Positions 55,603 to 63,914 of a stretch of 64,000 nucleotides of DNA are shown piece by piece. Both the position numbers and the translations under genes were made by a program. Each line of letters begins with the position of its first letter. Position 1 is the first letter of the stretch. The notes beneath the pieces were generated by a model, which had not been told where the DNA came from, did not search any database, and worked only from the letters and a program-made list of their open reading frames with translations. The stretch lies in the IMG/VR virus record IMGVR_UViG_3300046170_000302; one strand, given 5' to 3'. The DNA is from a virus. Taxonomy: Duplodnaviria > Caudoviricetes.

Positions 55603-55707
55603 ATGAAGTATACGGGACTAGAAAAACTAATATTTCTATTCTCGACCATATGGTTGCTTCACTGGGGAGTTAGATTGACACAGGTGGGCATCAATGCACT
55701 CTATTGA
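55603..55707 (+). CDS. Small membrane peptide (34 aa)
   Basis: MKYTGLEKLIFLFSTIWLLHWGV..., one hydrophobic stretch. Confidence 0.45.
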   Translation: MKYTGLEKLIFLFSTIWLLHWGVRLTQVGINALY

Positions 55708-56020
55708 ACTAGAAGGTTGCAGAGAGACTGCAGAACCAGTAGTTACTTGGTTTATGAAGGAATACCTTCCTGATGCTTACTTCTTCCTTGTAGTGGAAGA
55801 GAAAGACCTCTCAGAGGAATGTGTGGATGGGTGGTGTATGAGAGAAACACAAAATGAGTTTCTAATACAACTTCATAAAGGTCTTGGTGATAACTACATC
55901 AGTGTTCTTCTTCATGAATTACATCATATGTGGCAATACTATCATGATTTACCAAGAGATGAAGAAGAAACGTTAAGAGAAGAACTGAGATTGCTTAACA
56001 AGTATAATCAAAACCACTAG
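55694..56020 (+). CDS. Small HExxH protein (putative metallopeptidase fold)
   Basis: ISVLLHELHHMWQY. Confidence 0.65.
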   Translation: MHSIELEGCRETAEPVVTWFMKEYLPDAYFFLVVEEKDLSEECVDGWCMRETQNEFLIQLHKGLGDNYISVLLHELHHMWQYYHDLPRDEEETLREELRLLNKYNQNH

Positions 56021-56060
56021 AATAGGTTTGTTACCGATAAACGGGACGCGCTAAGTTACT

Positions 56061-56285
56061 ATGAGACACTTTGACGAGTATGGAAGAATGATGGGGAGTA
56101 TTCTGGTAGTCACAGCATATTTTGTGATACTTCATGTGTCTCAAGGATATGGTGTCATTATCAACCTTGTAGCTGATAGTATTTCAATTCCTTACTTTAT
56201 TAGGACAAGGACCTGGGATGTGGTAGTATTATTAGCATTCATGATTACAATTTCAACATCATCACTAATGTTAGGAGAACTATGA
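56061..56285 (+). CDS. Small membrane protein (about 3 TM segments)
   Basis: 74 aa, hydrophobic throughout. Confidence 0.65.
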   Translation: MRHFDEYGRMMGSILVVTAYFVILHVSQGYGVIINLVADSISIPYFIRTRTWDVVVLLAFMITISTSSLMLGEL

Positions 56286-56602
56286 ATTACGACGAAACAT
56301 GGGAAGCAATGAGCAACCTAGAAGATGCCTTCAATCAGATCACACCATTTTCAAATATGTTAGATCAGTTACAAGAGGCAGTCGATCGTGATGATAGACA
56401 GTCAATCGTAGATATCACAGCTGCATTGAATGCCTATGTTCCTGTATACATTGCACAATATGATAAGGCAAGTAAGAGAGCCTGGAACAAGACAGTTCGT
56501 TCTATCCATCAAGAAAGAAACTACAATGAGAACCTCAACTATGAGGAAATCAAGAAAGGTCTAGAGTCTGAACCTTACACTCCTATGCATCATCCTGTAT
56601 AA
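56282..56602 (+). CDS. Hypothetical protein
   Basis: 106-aa ATGA-coupled ORF. Confidence 0.7.
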   Translation: MNYDETWEAMSNLEDAFNQITPFSNMLDQLQEAVDRDDRQSIVDITAALNAYVPVYIAQYDKASKRAWNKTVRSIHQERNYNENLNYEEIKKGLESEPYTPMHHPV

Positions 56603-56607
56603 TAGAT

Positions 56608-56775
56608 ATGTCATCCAGAACTGAACTTGTTGACTCTATGAACTACATTCGTAGGGTCATGTCACTTACAAGTGATAATGATTACTCAAGTTATATTGTT
56701 AATCAACTAAATCCTGTCTACTATGAACTAGAACGTCAGGTAATGAGGATGGATGGTACATCAGTATACAAATAA
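56608..56775 (+). CDS. Small hypothetical protein (55 aa, not in ORF track)
   Basis: MSSRTELVDS...YYELERQV...YK*, translated by hand. Confidence 0.6.
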   Translation: MSSRTELVDSMNYIRRVMSLTSDNDYSSYIVNQLNPVYYELERQVMRMDGTSVYK

Positions 56776-56805
56776 ATATTTTTAAAGTTCTTTCATATCA
56801 AATCA

Positions 56806-57036
56806 ATGTCACAACCCCGTCAAAAGGATCCCTCTGATCCTCTCTATGACCCCAATGATAAGTACAATGAGTATAAGGTAGATCTTCATTGTAACGAAGA
56901 ACATGCCCCTGATGAGTGGGATCCTACAACAGAAGGTAAAATCTCTGATCCAGAAAATCGTCACCGTGATAAGATCCTAGATAAATTCTGTGATGATCAT
57001 CCAGGTTCCCCTATGTGTAAGGTATTCGATGACTGA
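56806..57036 (+). CDS. CP12-like protein (C-terminal Cys pair)
   Basis: Ends FCDDHPGSPMCKVFDD (C-x8-C-x-V-F-DD), like the CP12 C-terminal motif; ATAAATA at 56772. Confidence 0.55.
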   Translation: MSQPRQKDPSDPLYDPNDKYNEYKVDLHCNEEHAPDEWDPTTEGKISDPENRHRDKILDKFCDDHPGSPMCKVFDD

Positions 57037-57190
57037 TAAACAAAGAGATGCTCTTACTCTTCTGATTGAGAGTATCCATAAACCAGATGCTAAACTTCGT
57101 GGTTGTGCGCACAATCAAGAGTGTTATAGTGAGTTGATGGAGTGGAGACAAAAAGTAATCACGATGTTGCAAGAATATGAAAAGAGTTGA
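57029..57190 (+). CDS. Small hypothetical protein
   Basis: MTDKQRDAL..., start overlaps the upstream stop. Confidence 0.6.
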   Translation: MTDKQRDALTLLIESIHKPDAKLRGCAHNQECYSELMEWRQKVITMLQEYEKS

Positions 57191-57422
57191 GTTTGTCTTC
57201 GAGACTGAGGAGACAGTCTTCGGTCAGTATGATATAATGTATCCTCAGACCACAGATACAAGAAAGGTTCGATCTTCTTTCGATGGTGACATTGAATTGA
57301 AAGAATACTTCAACCACTATGTGAGTTGGTTAGTTGAAGTTGGATTTTCCAAAGAGGAAATCTACAAGCAAATGATGAACTATTGTGAATTTAAGGATGA
57401 AATTTCTACTCCAATACGATAA
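57177..57422 (+). CDS. Hypothetical protein
   Basis: 81-aa ORF. Confidence 0.6.
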   Translation: MKRVEFVFETEETVFGQYDIMYPQTTDTRKVRSSFDGDIELKEYFNHYVSWLVEVGFSKEEIYKQMMNYCEFKDEISTPIR

Positions 57423-57549
57423 ACCCAAGAAAAAAGGTCGGTGGTCTCGTCAAAAGGCTACGTTTTATGACATGAACGACCTTCTGCTCTTCAAAGAGTA
57501 TATACTGGAGACCGGTGGAAAAAACTACACCATCTCACCCGTTGATTGA
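57397..57549 (+). CDS. Small basic hypothetical protein (50 aa, not in ORF track)
   Basis: MKFLLQYDKPKKKGRWSRQKATFY...PVD*. Confidence 0.55.
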   Translation: MKFLLQYDKPKKKGRWSRQKATFYDMNDLLLFKEYILETGGKNYTISPVD

Positions 57550-57551
57550 TT

Positions 57552-57837
57552 ATGGAAATCTTGATGCATCAATGTCCCTGAGGGGTTTGAATACGTTATG
57601 GATGACTTCAACAAGACAACCAAACGTATCTGGATTGTTAACCACACTATGGAGTTTCAGTATCGTGAGGGTGCTGGTCCACCACGTTCTGTGTGGGGTT
57701 TCTACAAACCAAAGTCTAAGAAGTATTATGCACCTATCAACCACAAGAAGATAGGTAAGGAAGTTCGAATTGAGGATACACGACCCTATTCGGCTATGCC
57801 TCTGAACCTAAATCCTCTTATGGCTGCATTCTCATAA
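57552..57837 (+). CDS. Hypothetical protein; +1 frameshift at ~57579
   Basis: MEILMHQC-PEGFEYV joins the 57598 ORF (...RSVWGFYK...YYAPIN...PYSAM). Confidence 0.6.
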
Positions 57838-57838
57838 T

Positions 57839-58153
57839 ATGGAAACTCGTAAGGACCGTATGGCTCATCCATACACACCAAAAGTTGATGATTATGTGAA
57901 GTGGAATCGTTCAACTGGTCAGGTTGACGAAGGGTGGATATACTTTGTTGATGATGACTATATCACTATTGAGACAGGAGTTAGGGATAAACCTAACTGT
58001 CAATACACTCAAATAGAAAGACACAAAAAGATTCACACTCTAATAGTATGCCACCATTGGTATTGGCATCAACTGGAGTATCTCAAAACCAGGAGACCTA
58101 ATGAGTCACGAAGAGATCAAATTGGCAACACCAACAAGGATGTTCACATTTGA
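57839..58153 (+). CDS. Hypothetical protein (3' end uncertain)
   Basis: YTPKVDDYVKW...EGWIYF...YITIE; overlaps the next ORF by 53 nt. Confidence 0.6.
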   Translation: METRKDRMAHPYTPKVDDYVKWNRSTGQVDEGWIYFVDDDYITIETGVRDKPNCQYTQIERHKKIHTLIVCHHWYWHQLEYLKTRRPNESRRDQIGNTNKDVHI

Positions 58154-58274
58154 ACAACTATCAAGAGACATTGATAAAATCAATGACATTGAGGTGTTGA
58201 GAGACATGACCAAATCACATATCAAACTATATTTGAAGCAACAAGAGGTTGTTGCAAGTATGGGTTTGATGTAA
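58101..58274 (+). CDS. Small helical-hairpin protein (57 aa, not in ORF track); weak NblA-like pattern
   Basis: MSHEEIKLATPTRMFTFEQLSRDIDKINDIEVLRDMTKSHIKLYLKQQEVVASMGLM. Confidence 0.6.
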   Translation: MSHEEIKLATPTRMFTFEQLSRDIDKINDIEVLRDMTKSHIKLYLKQQEVVASMGLM

Positions 58275-58299
58275 AAACTACACTATCTAAATTATTAAC

Positions 58300-58968
58300 A
58301 TGAAAAAGATTATTACAGCATTGATGACAGCAGTTACATTGTCTGCATCTGCTCCGGTGATGGCAGAACCTGTCGAAGAATATTACACCATGGATTCTAT
58401 GGGTTGTATGTTGCTTCAGGAGTGCACTGATGATGTTCAGGAAGTATTTTCTCTATTGGATATTTCCTCACAATATGATAACACTGAAGCATTTACTCCG
58501 GTGGCACAAGAGTTTAACATTATGCTCTCGTCACTGAATCAAATCGGTGTGAAGGTATATCTTGCTGATGAGAAGTATTTTCCAGTAGGACATCGTGGTG
58601 TTTATCATACTGTAAGTAATAATTTCTTTTTGAATAAAACATTTATGGGTCGTCCAAATATCCTGATGAGTGTGATGCGACATGAAGGATGGCATGCAGC
58701 ACAAGATTGTATGGCAGGAACGATTGATAATAGTTTGATCGCAATCATCATGCCAGAAGACAGTGTTCCTCCTATCTGGCGTGAGATGGTAGAAGCAACA
58801 TATCCAAAGTCTGCATGGCCTTGGGAAGCAGAAGCATCATGGGCAGGTAAGACTGAAGCAATGACTGCTGACGCACTAAATGCCTGTGCCGCTGGACAGA
58901 TGTGGACTGAGTATCCACCCACCCCACTGACTCGCGAGTATCTTGTTAAGGAAGGATATATTAAGTGA
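58300..58968 (+). CDS. Exported HExxH protein (zincin-like)
   Basis: Signal-peptide-like MKKIITALMTAVTLSASAPVMA; MRHEGWHAAQDCM; WEAEA. Confidence 0.7.
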   Translation: MKKIITALMTAVTLSASAPVMAEPVEEYYTMDSMGCMLLQECTDDVQEVFSLLDISSQYDNTEAFTPVAQEFNIMLSSLNQIGVKVYLADEKYFPVGHRGVYHTVSNNFFLNKTFMGRPNILMSVMRHEGWHAAQDCMAGTIDNSLIAIIMPEDSVPPIWREMVEATYPKSAWPWEAEASWAGKTEAMTADALNACAAGQMWTEYPPTPLTREYLVKEGYIK

Positions 58969-59047
58969 TTTCAACTCTCTATGTTGCGTTTCTGATGTTG
59001 ATATTGTGTGGTGGTATGCACCTTCACATGGCCTATCCAGAAAAGAA

Positions 59048-59104
59048 GACAGTTCTGAAAGTGTCACACTGATACACCAAATATGGAAAAACCTGCTATA
59101 TAAT
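59048..59104 (+). promoter_or_regulatory. Promoter with GACA-N10-TGTC palindrome upstream of a -10 box
   Basis: GACAGTTCTGAAAGTGTCACA at 59048-59068; TATAAT at 59099-59104. Confidence 0.6.
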
Positions 59105-59131
59105 GATTAGGTAATCCAAACGGTTCTCCTC

Positions 59132-59299
59132 ATGTCTCTCGCTTACGCTCAGAAACAACGTTTCCGTATCACTTTAGAACTGGATGTATTTGAAGACTTT
59201 GATCCTAGTCAGATTGATTGGGAGAAAGTTCTTGATGTTCAAGGTAATGAAAGTGTCTCAGCTTATGTTGAAGATCTATCAACACCTGATCGTTGGTAA
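59132..59299 (+). CDS. Small hypothetical protein (55 aa, not in ORF track)
   Basis: MSLAYAQKQRFRITLELDVFEDFDP...STPDRW*. Confidence 0.7.
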   Translation: MSLAYAQKQRFRITLELDVFEDFDPSQIDWEKVLDVQGNESVSAYVEDLSTPDRW

Positions 59300-59335
59300 T
59301 ACTAAATAATATTTGGTATTAGTTCCCTCATTACT

Positions 59336-59936
59336 ATGACTTTTCTGGAGTTTATGACTGAAGGCAAGGCATTAGACCCTGCATTAGCTGGTGCTGCTTC
59401 TATTCGTCAGACAGGTGCTGGTGGTCGTAAGTATCCAGAAAGGAAGAAGAGTGAGGGAGAGAGAACGAGAGTCAAGGCAATTGGTGGTGGTAAGACCGCC
59501 CCTGTTGCCTCATACTAAGGACAGAAAAGATATTGGAGACACAAAGGCTCGTTCTAATGTAGAGCAACAACCAACTCGTGAGAGAGGAACTGCAGGTCTT
59601 TCAGCTAAAGAACAACAGAGAAAGGCATATAGGGAGAGAAAAGCTAGAGAGAGTGGTGGTTCTACTGCACCAAAGAAGAAAGAGGCAGAGAAGAAAGCAA
59701 CAGAACTTTTGAAGAAGAAGACAACTAAAGCTGTGGCACCTGGTTATAAACCAGCACAGGCATCTGGTATGACTAGAGCTGAAAGAGACAAGAGAAGAGG
59801 TGAAGGTGAGAGAATGTTGAAAGGTATTATGAAGGACCAGGAAACTGACAAGTATAAGAAGGAAACAGGAACCAATCCTGATGCTAAGGGTAGAACAAAG
59901 ATACTTGGAAGAGTTAACAAAAGGATGTCAACATAA
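59336..59936 (+). CDS. Lys/Arg-rich late protein; +1 frameshift at ~59516
   Basis: MTFLEFMTEG start behind CTAAATA (59302); removing one T joins the two ORFs. Confidence 0.6.
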
Positions 59937-59942
59937 TATAAT

Positions 59943-59967
59943 AGAGGGTATAACCACCCTCTTTTTT
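59943..59967 (+). terminator. Intrinsic terminator
   Basis: AGAGGGT-ATAACC-ACCCTCT followed by a T run. Confidence 0.8.
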
Positions 59968-59968
59968 T

Positions 59969-60244
59969 ATGAAATATATTGCGACTAAGAATATTACTAT
60001 CAATACAAAGATTGGCACTAAGGTTAAAACTCTTCAGTTGGTTCTTGATAAGGTTGTATCACCATCAAAACTGAAGGAGTTATCTAAACGACAGATTAGA
60101 GAATACACCAAAGAAGTATATGAAGGTGCAGATCTGTCATTCTTGACACCAGAGGACAAGAAGTATTATAATAAACACAAGAAAGACCCTGATATGCAAT
60201 GGGCGCTTGATATGGTATATGAAGAACAAGGAACAACCAACTAA
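59969..60244 (+). CDS. Hypothetical protein
   Basis: 91-aa ORF. Confidence 0.55.
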   Translation: MKYIATKNITINTKIGTKVKTLQLVLDKVVSPSKLKELSKRQIREYTKEVYEGADLSFLTPEDKKYYNKHKKDPDMQWALDMVYEEQGTTN

Positions 60245-60440
60245 TTCAAACATACTGACACCGAAACCACCTAAAAATGGTTTTATTGTTGGTGCTTGGG
60301 ATGACCCAGAGATGTATGCTTGTGTTCCTTTTTGTGGTAGGTTGATGATTATCCATCAAGGAAAACAACTGAAAGTATGCAATAATGGTGATAGTGCTCG
60401 TAACTTTATTGACAAACACAAGAAACGTAGAAAGAAATAA
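60219..60440 (+). CDS. Small basic hypothetical protein
   Basis: MKNKEQ...GFIVG...YACVP...MIIHQGKQLKVC. Confidence 0.6.
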   Translation: MKNKEQPTNSNILTPKPPKNGFIVGAWDDPEMYACVPFCGRLMIIHQGKQLKVCNNGDSARNFIDKHKKRRKK

Positions 60441-60487
60441 TATACCTCACCTCTAAATTGCTCTACTGATGTAAGACACACAAACAA

Positions 60488-60715
60488 ATGACACACTCCT
60501 CCACAGGTCAACGAGTTGGAACCCTTACTGAACTTGCTGAACTAAAGAAAACATATCGTAAACAGGATTTTAAGTTTACTCAAGATCAACGTCAACGATA
60601 TGATTTACTCCTAGAACTTCGTCGTAGTCATGTTGCTGAATACTATGAAGATGGTTTAGTTTGGATTGGTCCATCGATGGCAGGTAAGAAACTAGAAGAG
60701 GATGACGCAGAATGA
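60488..60715 (+). CDS. Small hypothetical protein
   Basis: 75 aa, follows repeat copy 1. Confidence 0.7.
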   Translation: MTHSSTGQRVGTLTELAELKKTYRKQDFKFTQDQRQRYDLLLELRRSHVAEYYEDGLVWIGPSMAGKKLEEDDAE

Positions 60716-60846
60716 TTACTCTTAAACGTGTATGTTCACTGAAGACTAAACAACTTCGGTGGACATATGATGGTAAAGTTCTTCTTAAGTCATACGAAGT
60801 TGCTACCATTGGTAGAAAGAATAAACTTCAACAATTCTACAAATGA
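60712..60846 (+). CDS. Small hypothetical protein (44 aa)
   Basis: ATGA-coupled on both sides; translated by hand. Confidence 0.5.
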   Translation: MITLKRVCSLKTKQLRWTYDGKVLLKSYEVATIGRKNKLQQFYK

Positions 60847-61008
60847 CAACATTTAATTGTAAAGGTGCCTGGTATGACAAACAGGGACGAAGACACAACT
60901 TTGAGATTGAATCTGATCGATCAGAGCGTTCATTCATCAAAGAACTTGTAGAGGCACAGGTATCCCACAAATCGTGTGGTAATTAACAATGTCTCACAAA
61001 AACGGTAA
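60843..61008 (+). CDS. Small hypothetical protein; +1 frameshift at ~60960
   Basis: MTTFNCKGAWYD...EAQ-YPTNRVVINNVSQKR*. Confidence 0.5.
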
Positions 61009-61063
61009 GTTTATTGTTACTCACCTCTAAATTGCTCCACTACTGTAAGACACTTCAACCACT

Positions 61064-61954
61064 ATGGCAAACACACATCTCCCACATCCAGAAGATACCA
61101 TCCTCACGGGTGATCTGAGAGCATTCAGAGATCTTTATGGACCCGGACATGTGTCCCTTAAGATTGACGGTGCTCCCTCTATTGTGTGGGGTAAACATCC
61201 AGAAACTGGTCGGTTCTTTGTGTGTACTAAAGCGGCATTTAACAAGAAAAAGAATCGTATCTGTTACAACAACGAGGATGTTCATACTCACTTCGGTCAT
61301 CAGGAAGATGTAGCAGACATGCTATTTTTGATGTTGAAGTATATTCCCCGTGACATCTTCACTGGTGTTTATCAGGGTGACTTCATGGGTTTCGGTCGTA
61401 CCGATGCTTTCATGAACAACACTCTAACTTATGTGTTTCCTGAAGTTATTCAACAAAAACTTGTCATCGCACCTCACACAATCTATGATGTAGTTGGTAA
61501 GTTGTCTGACGCAGTTGCTGAACCTCTCCGTGAGGTATTTGCTGACACTCCACACATCAAGTGGGTTCAACCTTCTGTCGATTTCATTCATCAGAATGTC
61601 AAACCTCCCGTCTTTGATCTCAGTAAGGTTCAGTTTATGTCTGACAAAGAGTCATTCGTAGCTCAACAACAGGTCAACGCTCTTATCAAGTCAGGTCAAA
61701 CACCTGAAGATTGTGATCTTAACTGGATTCTAGGTGACAACTTCCTCACCAATCTGTATCAGTTGTTGATTGATATCAAAGAAGATCTCATGAAGTCTAT
61801 GATTGTTCATGACTCTCCTAAGTGTTATCTTCCTGATGGGACTGAGGTTGTGGGTGAGGGTTTCGTATTCTATTCTGAGTCTGGTCGTTCTTACAAACTC
61901 GTTGATCGTCCTGTGTTCGCATATACTAACTTCACCACTGGTAAGTTCAACTAA
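61064..61954 (+). CDS. Ligase-like nucleotidyltransferase-fold protein (DUF6267-like), function unknown
   Basis: KIDG (motif I), YQGDF (III), EGFV (IV), YKLV (V) in 296 aa. Confidence 0.6.
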   Translation: MANTHLPHPEDTILTGDLRAFRDLYGPGHVSLKIDGAPSIVWGKHPETGRFFVCTKAAFNKKKNRICYNNEDVHTHFGHQEDVADMLFLMLKYIPRDIFTGVYQGDFMGFGRTDAFMNNTLTYVFPEVIQQKLVIAPHTIYDVVGKLSDAVAEPLREVFADTPHIKWVQPSVDFIHQNVKPPVFDLSKVQFMSDKESFVAQQQVNALIKSGQTPEDCDLNWILGDNFLTNLYQLLIDIKEDLMKSMIVHDSPKCYLPDGTEVVGEGFVFYSESGRSYKLVDRPVFAYTNFTTGKFN

Positions 61955-62015
61955 CTAGAAGGGGTGATAATATTACTCACCCCCAAATTGCTCCATCTAT
62001 GTAAGGTTACACACC

Positions 62016-62226
62016 ATGGATCCAATCACAATTTCAAGATCACACTATGACACTATTGTTGAGAGTGTAGAGGAAGTTCTCAAAGTTCTCAACAAAGTGA
62101 ACTATGATTGTGATGACACTAGATCCAAAAAATGTATGTCACACGGCACCATTTGCTGTGGGATATTCACAAAGTGTAGTGACTCAACTTCTCTCTAACC
62201 TCAAAACAATCAAGGAGAACAACTAA
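62016..62226 (+). CDS. Small hypothetical protein; +1 frameshift at ~62120
   Basis: Follows repeat copy 3; the corrected frame ends at TAATG with the next gene. Confidence 0.5.
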
Positions 62227-62402
62227 TGAATTCCACCATGGAAAATGTGATTGATGTGATGGGTGAAACCTATTTCAGTAGGTTCATGGACTTTGTAGAT
62301 AATGAGGATTTGGAAACATCAAAGGCACTTATGGATGAGTGGATTGTTGATGGTCAAGATCCTCAAGATGGTGGAGTCGAGTTCATCTGGTTAGAAGAAT
62401 GA
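62226..62402 (+). CDS. Small acidic hypothetical protein (58 aa)
   Basis: Translated by hand; coupled on both sides. Confidence 0.55.
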   Translation: MNSTMENVIDVMGETYFSRFMDFVDNEDLETSKALMDEWIVDGQDPQDGGVEFIWLEE

Positions 62403-62938
62403 TGAGGTTACTTCAAAAGATCACATCAAGTGCTATTGGTCTATCACTCCTTACAATTCCAGGTGTGAGTGCAAAGATGAACTCAAGTCATGATGAACTA
62501 AAAAGAGCTCTGAATGATGTAGGTGTTGAAGTTTTCTTGAATGAAACAAAGTTATGTAATGGTAGTAAATCTGGTATGTATTCTCCTGACTATGATGCAA
62601 TTCTCATATGTCAGGATGATAGAATTGAAACATCAGATCAAGAGGTTGAATGGACAGAAAATGATTATGATACTTTGAGACATGAATCACAACATGTTGT
62701 TCAGGATTGTATGGAAGGAATTGATAATAACAAGATGTCACTATTTTTTAGTAACGAAATAGAATATCTGGAGTTTGTGATCATGGGTTTGACAAAATCA
62801 GAATTCTTTCAGATTGTCGAGGCATATCGACCACTTGGTGATGATGTTCTCTTGAATGAATTGGAGGCATTCGCTGTAGCTAAAGGTGTAAAACCTGACA
62901 CTATTGCTAAAGCTATTCGTGGTGTATGTGGGAATTAA
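62399..62938 (+). CDS. Exported HExxH protein (zincin-like)
   Basis: Signal-peptide-like N-terminus; TLRHESQHVVQDCM; ELEAFA. Confidence 0.7.
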   Translation: MMRLLQKITSSAIGLSLLTIPGVSAKMNSSHDELKRALNDVGVEVFLNETKLCNGSKSGMYSPDYDAILICQDDRIETSDQEVEWTENDYDTLRHESQHVVQDCMEGIDNNKMSLFFSNEIEYLEFVIMGLTKSEFFQIVEAYRPLGDDVLLNELEAFAVAKGVKPDTIAKAIRGVCGN

Positions 62939-62992
62939 AGTTACTCACCACTAAATTGCTCCAGTAGTGTAACCACTCACCAAACACACATC

Positions 62993-63475
62993 ATGGGAAC
63001 TAGAGGCAGAATCGGAATCAAACTCATCGATGGTTCAATTCTTTCGGCATATCACCACTGGGATTCATATCCTCAGTGGTTGGGTGTTAAACTCGTCAAG
63101 AACTTTAATTCACAAGAACTAGCATCTGATCTGATTGATGGAGGTGACATGTCCGCATGTTATTCTACTCACACTTGGGGTTCTGAACCTCTCAGACAGG
63201 AAGTGATTCAACCTGACGGATCTGTCACCAAAGAGTTGGTTATGAACAAAGATGGTGAGACTGTTTACACTAAAGTCAAGGCAGAAGCATCACCTCAGTA
63301 TTACTCAGAACGGGGTGAGGACACTCCTCCACGTTTAGATAAGGATCTCTTTGAGTTCCTTGATAAAGGTGAAGAATACGCATATATCTGGGAAGAAGGT
63401 TTCTGGACTTGTTATGATCTTCATCAGTTTGATGATCAAGAACCTGAAATCGTAGAAATACCTCAAGTTCTCTGA
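62993..63475 (+). CDS. Hypothetical phage protein
   Basis: MGTRGRIGI...YHHWDSYPQWLG...GDMSAC...EEYAYIW; follows repeat copy 4. Confidence 0.75.
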   Translation: MGTRGRIGIKLIDGSILSAYHHWDSYPQWLGVKLVKNFNSQELASDLIDGGDMSACYSTHTWGSEPLRQEVIQPDGSVTKELVMNKDGETVYTKVKAEASPQYYSERGEDTPPRLDKDLFEFLDKGEEYAYIWEEGFWTCYDLHQFDDQEPEIVEIPQVL

Positions 63476-63529
63476 TAGATTGTTACTCACCTCCAAATTG
63501 CTCCACTTATGTAACCACACATTCAAACT

Positions 63530-63712
63530 ATGATTAACTACCTCGTCAAATGTCCATCCGATCCTTATGAGAATACCGATTGTTTCGGTGATCTTGATAG
63601 GGCATGGGATCTCTGTTACAACCTCTCTGAAGAGTATGGATACGCAGAGGTTGGATATTACAATGTCAAAGGACATTATCAACTCGTAGGTGACTACACT
63701 AACGGTCGTTAA
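63530..63712 (+). CDS. Small hypothetical protein
   Basis: 60 aa, follows repeat copy 5. Confidence 0.65.
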   Translation: MINYLVKCPSDPYENTDCFGDLDRAWDLCYNLSEEYGYAEVGYYNVKGHYQLVGDYTNGR

Positions 63713-63713
63713 T

Positions 63714-63914
63714 ATGAACTACACTAAAGAACAACTTGTGGATGCACTTGTTCATGAGTGGGAGTATCTCTGTCATGACGATTATGATCCACAAGATCCA
63801 ACACCAGAACAATATCGCAAAGAGATGGAAGAACTCACAATCGAACAATTGATTGAAGAGACTGACACAGGTGAGGGATTTACATTAGAAGATTTCATGG
63901 ATGTTCACAGTTAA
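63714..63914 (+). CDS. Small acidic hypothetical protein
   Basis: MNYTKEQLVDALVHEWEYLCHDD... Confidence 0.65.
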   Translation: MNYTKEQLVDALVHEWEYLCHDDYDPQDPTPEQYRKEMEELTIEQLIEETDTGEGFTLEDFMDVHS

